Positions 50,335-52,266 of a DNA stretch of 52,266 nucleotides are shown here, in pieces. Numbering within the stretch: position 1 is the first letter of the stretch; the number at the start of each line of letters is the position of its first letter. The notes under the pieces are model-generated. The model was not told the DNA's origin and ran no database searches. It was given only the letters and a program-made list of their open reading frames with translations. A program made the translations under genes and the position numbers. Origin of the DNA: a bacterium (lineage in GTDB: Bacteria; Patescibacteriota; Minisyncoccia; Phycocordibacterales; UBA918); assembly GCA_038145135.1 (NCBI GenBank), contig JAYQPD010000003.1, forward strand, positions 1 through 52,266, given 5' to 3'.

Positions 50335-52266
50335 TTATGGATTGTCCCAGAACTTGAGGTCTGCGTACATCTGTGAATCCTTCGGTGTTGCCTTCCCTGG
50401 TGTCGCGTTGATGATAATGGTGTCACCAGAATTGTTGTAGGCATCGAGCTCACCCATAAGCGTATTCATCGCACTCTTATCGCCATCTTTGTAGGCTTGA
50501 TCAGCATCTGCGATCAAGTCTTTGATCGCCTGAGCACACCCGAACGCTGCGCAGTTGAGCTTCGCCGCCATGAGCTGCTGGAGGAGTTGCATGCGCGCTT
50601 TATCTGTAGCGTCTCGCTGCGCCGCCTTACCCTTTCCGACACTCTTCTTGGCGATATTCGAGTAGAACGCACCGAAGAGCTCGCTCGCGCCACTTGAGAG
50701 CACGTTGGTGATGGTTCCCTTATGGGTTGCGTTTGTAGCGGCTCCAATAAAGCCGACGTACTGCTGCATGCTTGTAAGAGCGAAGATCTGTGATGTGTAC
50801 GCGGTGTGCGTCTGCCAGAAGCCCTGGGTGCGTGTTGGACCGAGCTTGTTGTTGTGGAAGGTACACTCTACGGTCTGCCCGAGTGACAGCTCAAGTGATA
50901 CCCCGGTCGCACTCAGTGTGGCAGGTACTGTTTGTTGCGTATCGGTATCCACACAGCTCACACTTCCGAGTTCCCAGTAGTCCATCGGGGTCTCATTCAC
51001 CGTGTAGGTCATGTTCGCTCCGAGATCGTCGAAGGTCTTTGATTGTGGCTGATCGATGTCACCACCTTCGCCGATACCCTGGACGCCCTCATCGTCATCG
51101 AGGAGGAAGTTGCTGCTGAAGTTGGTCGAGAAGGTAAAGTCCTTGAGGTCATTTGGTGCAGCATCCTTAGTGATGATGAGTGTTGCTGGCTGGTCATCGT
51201 TCTTGATGGTACAGGTCACTTCCTCACCTTCGTCCAAGGTAACGTTGCCGCCAAGTACGTCGGGACACTTTGCACTATCCCCCACTCCGTCACCGATAGA
51301 AACAAAGTCGTAACCATCGAGAAGTGTTTCATCGAGTGCAAACGGTGTATTTGCATCGACTTCATTCGCCGCACCAGAGAGCACACCATTGCCGCCAACC
51401 GTGAGATTGAAGTCGTCAGGAAGCGCAGTGCCCCCGTTATCATTCACTACATCTTTGATAAGCGTGATCTTTGCTGGAAGCGCGGTATTCGTGATGGTGC
51501 AAACTGCTTCTTCAGCGAGGGCAAGCGAGATCGAAGCACCGTTTTGTGTGCCGTCACCAGTACAGACCCAGTCTGATGCGCTGTAACCATCTGTGCCAGC
51601 ATCACCGAGTTCTGAGAGGTCATAGGTGCCAGCCTTGAAGCCGGCGCCCGAGACCACATCAATGTCACCTACTGCACCCTTACCGCTTAAAGTACCAGCA
51701 GAGCCACCATCTGCAGTGAGCGTCCAATCTGATTCGACATTGTTTCCGTTGTAGCTGTTAACCACTACCTTATTGAGGGTGAGCTTTGGTGCAATGTCGT
51801 TGTTGGTGATGGTACAGGTTGCTTCTTCGTTGATACCAAGGGTGATAGAAGCGCCGTTTTGTGTGCCGTCACCAGTACAGACCCAATTAGAGGCACTGTA
51901 TCCAGCTGGGCCGCTCTCAGAGAGTGCGAAGGTGTCTGCGAGGAGACCAGAGCCAGAATCCACTGGTGACGTGCCGGAGAGGTCATTTGAATTTGTTCCG
52001 TCTGCAGAGAGCGTGAAGTCGGCGACGGTAGCGGTACCGCCGTTGTCATTAGTGACGACCTTGCGGAGGTGAAGCTTTGGTGCGATATCATCGTTCGTAA
52101 TAGTACACGTTGCTTCCTCTGCAAGTCCGAGGGTGATGGAAGCGCCGTTTTGTGTACCGCCGACACAGACCCAGTCTGATCCAGAGTATCCTGATGGACC
52201 ACTCTCAGAGAGTGCAAAGGTGTCAGCTTTGAGTCCTGCACCAGAGTCGACTGGCGTTGCACCAGA
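50335..52266 (-). CDS. Prealbumin/SpaA-like repeat surface protein with a distinct helical C-terminal domain; 5' end lies outside the window
   Basis: The frame is open from 51963 to the window edge. My translation of 51964..52266 is SGATPVDSGAGLKADTFALSESGPSGYSGSDWVCVGGTQNGASITLGLAEEATCTITNDDIAPKLHLRKVVTNDNGGTATVADF. The repeat type matches 40872..44501. The C-terminal region is TRTQGFWQTH...AAKLNCAAFGC...FWDNP, with no sorting signal. Confidence 0.8.
   Translation of the reverse strand, partial: SGATPVDSGAGLKADTFALSESGPSGYSGSDWVCVGGTQNGASITLGLAEEATCTITNDDIAPKLHLRKVVTNDNGGTATVADFTLSADGTNSNDLSGTSPVDSGSGLLADTFALSESGPAGYSASNWVCTGDGTQNGASITLGINEEATCTITNNDIAPKLTLNKVVVNSYNGNNVESDWTLTADGGSAGTLSGKGAVGDIDVVSGAGFKAGTYDLSELGDAGTDGYSASDWVCTGDGTQNGASISLALAEEAVCTITNTALPAKITLIKDVVNDNGGTALPDDFNLTVGGNGVLSGAANEVDANTPFALDETLLDGYDFVSIGDGVGDSAKCPDVLGGNVTLDEGEEVTCTIKNDDQPATLIITKDAAPNDLKDFTFSTNFSSNFLLDDDEGVQGIGEGGDIDQPQSKTFDDLGANMTYTVNETPMDYWELGSVSCVDTDTQQTVPATLSATGVSLELSLGQTVECTFHNNKLGPTRTQGFWQTHTAYTSQIFALTSMQQYVGFIGAATNATHKGTITNVLSSGASELFGAFYSNIAKKSVGKGKAAQRDATDKARMQLLQQLMAAKLNCAAFGCAQAIKDLIADADQAYKDGDKSAMNTLMGELDAYNNSGDTIIINATPGKATPKDSQMYADLKFWDNP

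Noticed and set aside
1-52266. An alternative genetic code (UGA recoded), as seen in some candidate phyla.
   Set aside because: Very long ORFs are intact under the standard code. TGA is used as a stop at well-supported gene ends (umuD, 2916..3884, 32240..33076) in ATGA-coupled junctions.

Overview
This 52.3-kb window is almost entirely coding. It uses the standard genetic code: TGA serves as a stop, and there are several ATGA stop/start overlaps. About 44 kb of consecutive genes lie on the minus strand. I saw no rRNA, tRNA, CRISPR array or intact mobile element. The content is dominated by secreted and cell-surface proteins. The centrepiece is a 16.7-kb gene (10272..26966) for a ~5,564-aa membrane-anchored mosaic protein. 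Around it, on the same strand, are: a cohesin-like membrane scaffold; two dockerin-tailed secreted proteins; an Hsp20; a four-FN3 secreted protein; a MacB/FtsX-type ABC transporter; a 611-aa Cys-rich secreted protein that shares its C-terminal module with the giant protein; two tandem FGE-sulfatase (SUMF1-like) ectoproteins; and two paralogous pairs, each made of a beta-rich secreted 'family A' protein plus a two-domain membrane-anchored DUF916-like protein, which bracket the ~36-kb island in direct orientation. To the right lie: a umuD-umuC operon; a CAP/SCP-domain membrane protein; a sortase with a 1,209-aa sorted adhesin (APNTG motif); two secreted proteins built from an unrecognised acidic ~60-aa repeat; a Gmad2-domain protein; and a second prealbumin-repeat protein that runs off the window edge. 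Clean rho-independent terminators are common and Shine-Dalgarno motifs are mostly absent. The monoderm-type surface machinery (sortase, cohesin/dockerin, giant adhesin) suggests a Patescibacteria/CPR-like or other monoderm genome, but this is inference only. The leads most worth following are: (1) the giant mosaic protein and its internal tail-collar-like triple repeat; (2) a possible surface-assembly system combining WxL-like, DUF916-like, cohesin/dockerin and MacB-ABC components; and (3) a repeated inverted-repeat element immediately upstream of two secreted-protein genes. All domain calls come from reading motifs in the translations. No database search was run.
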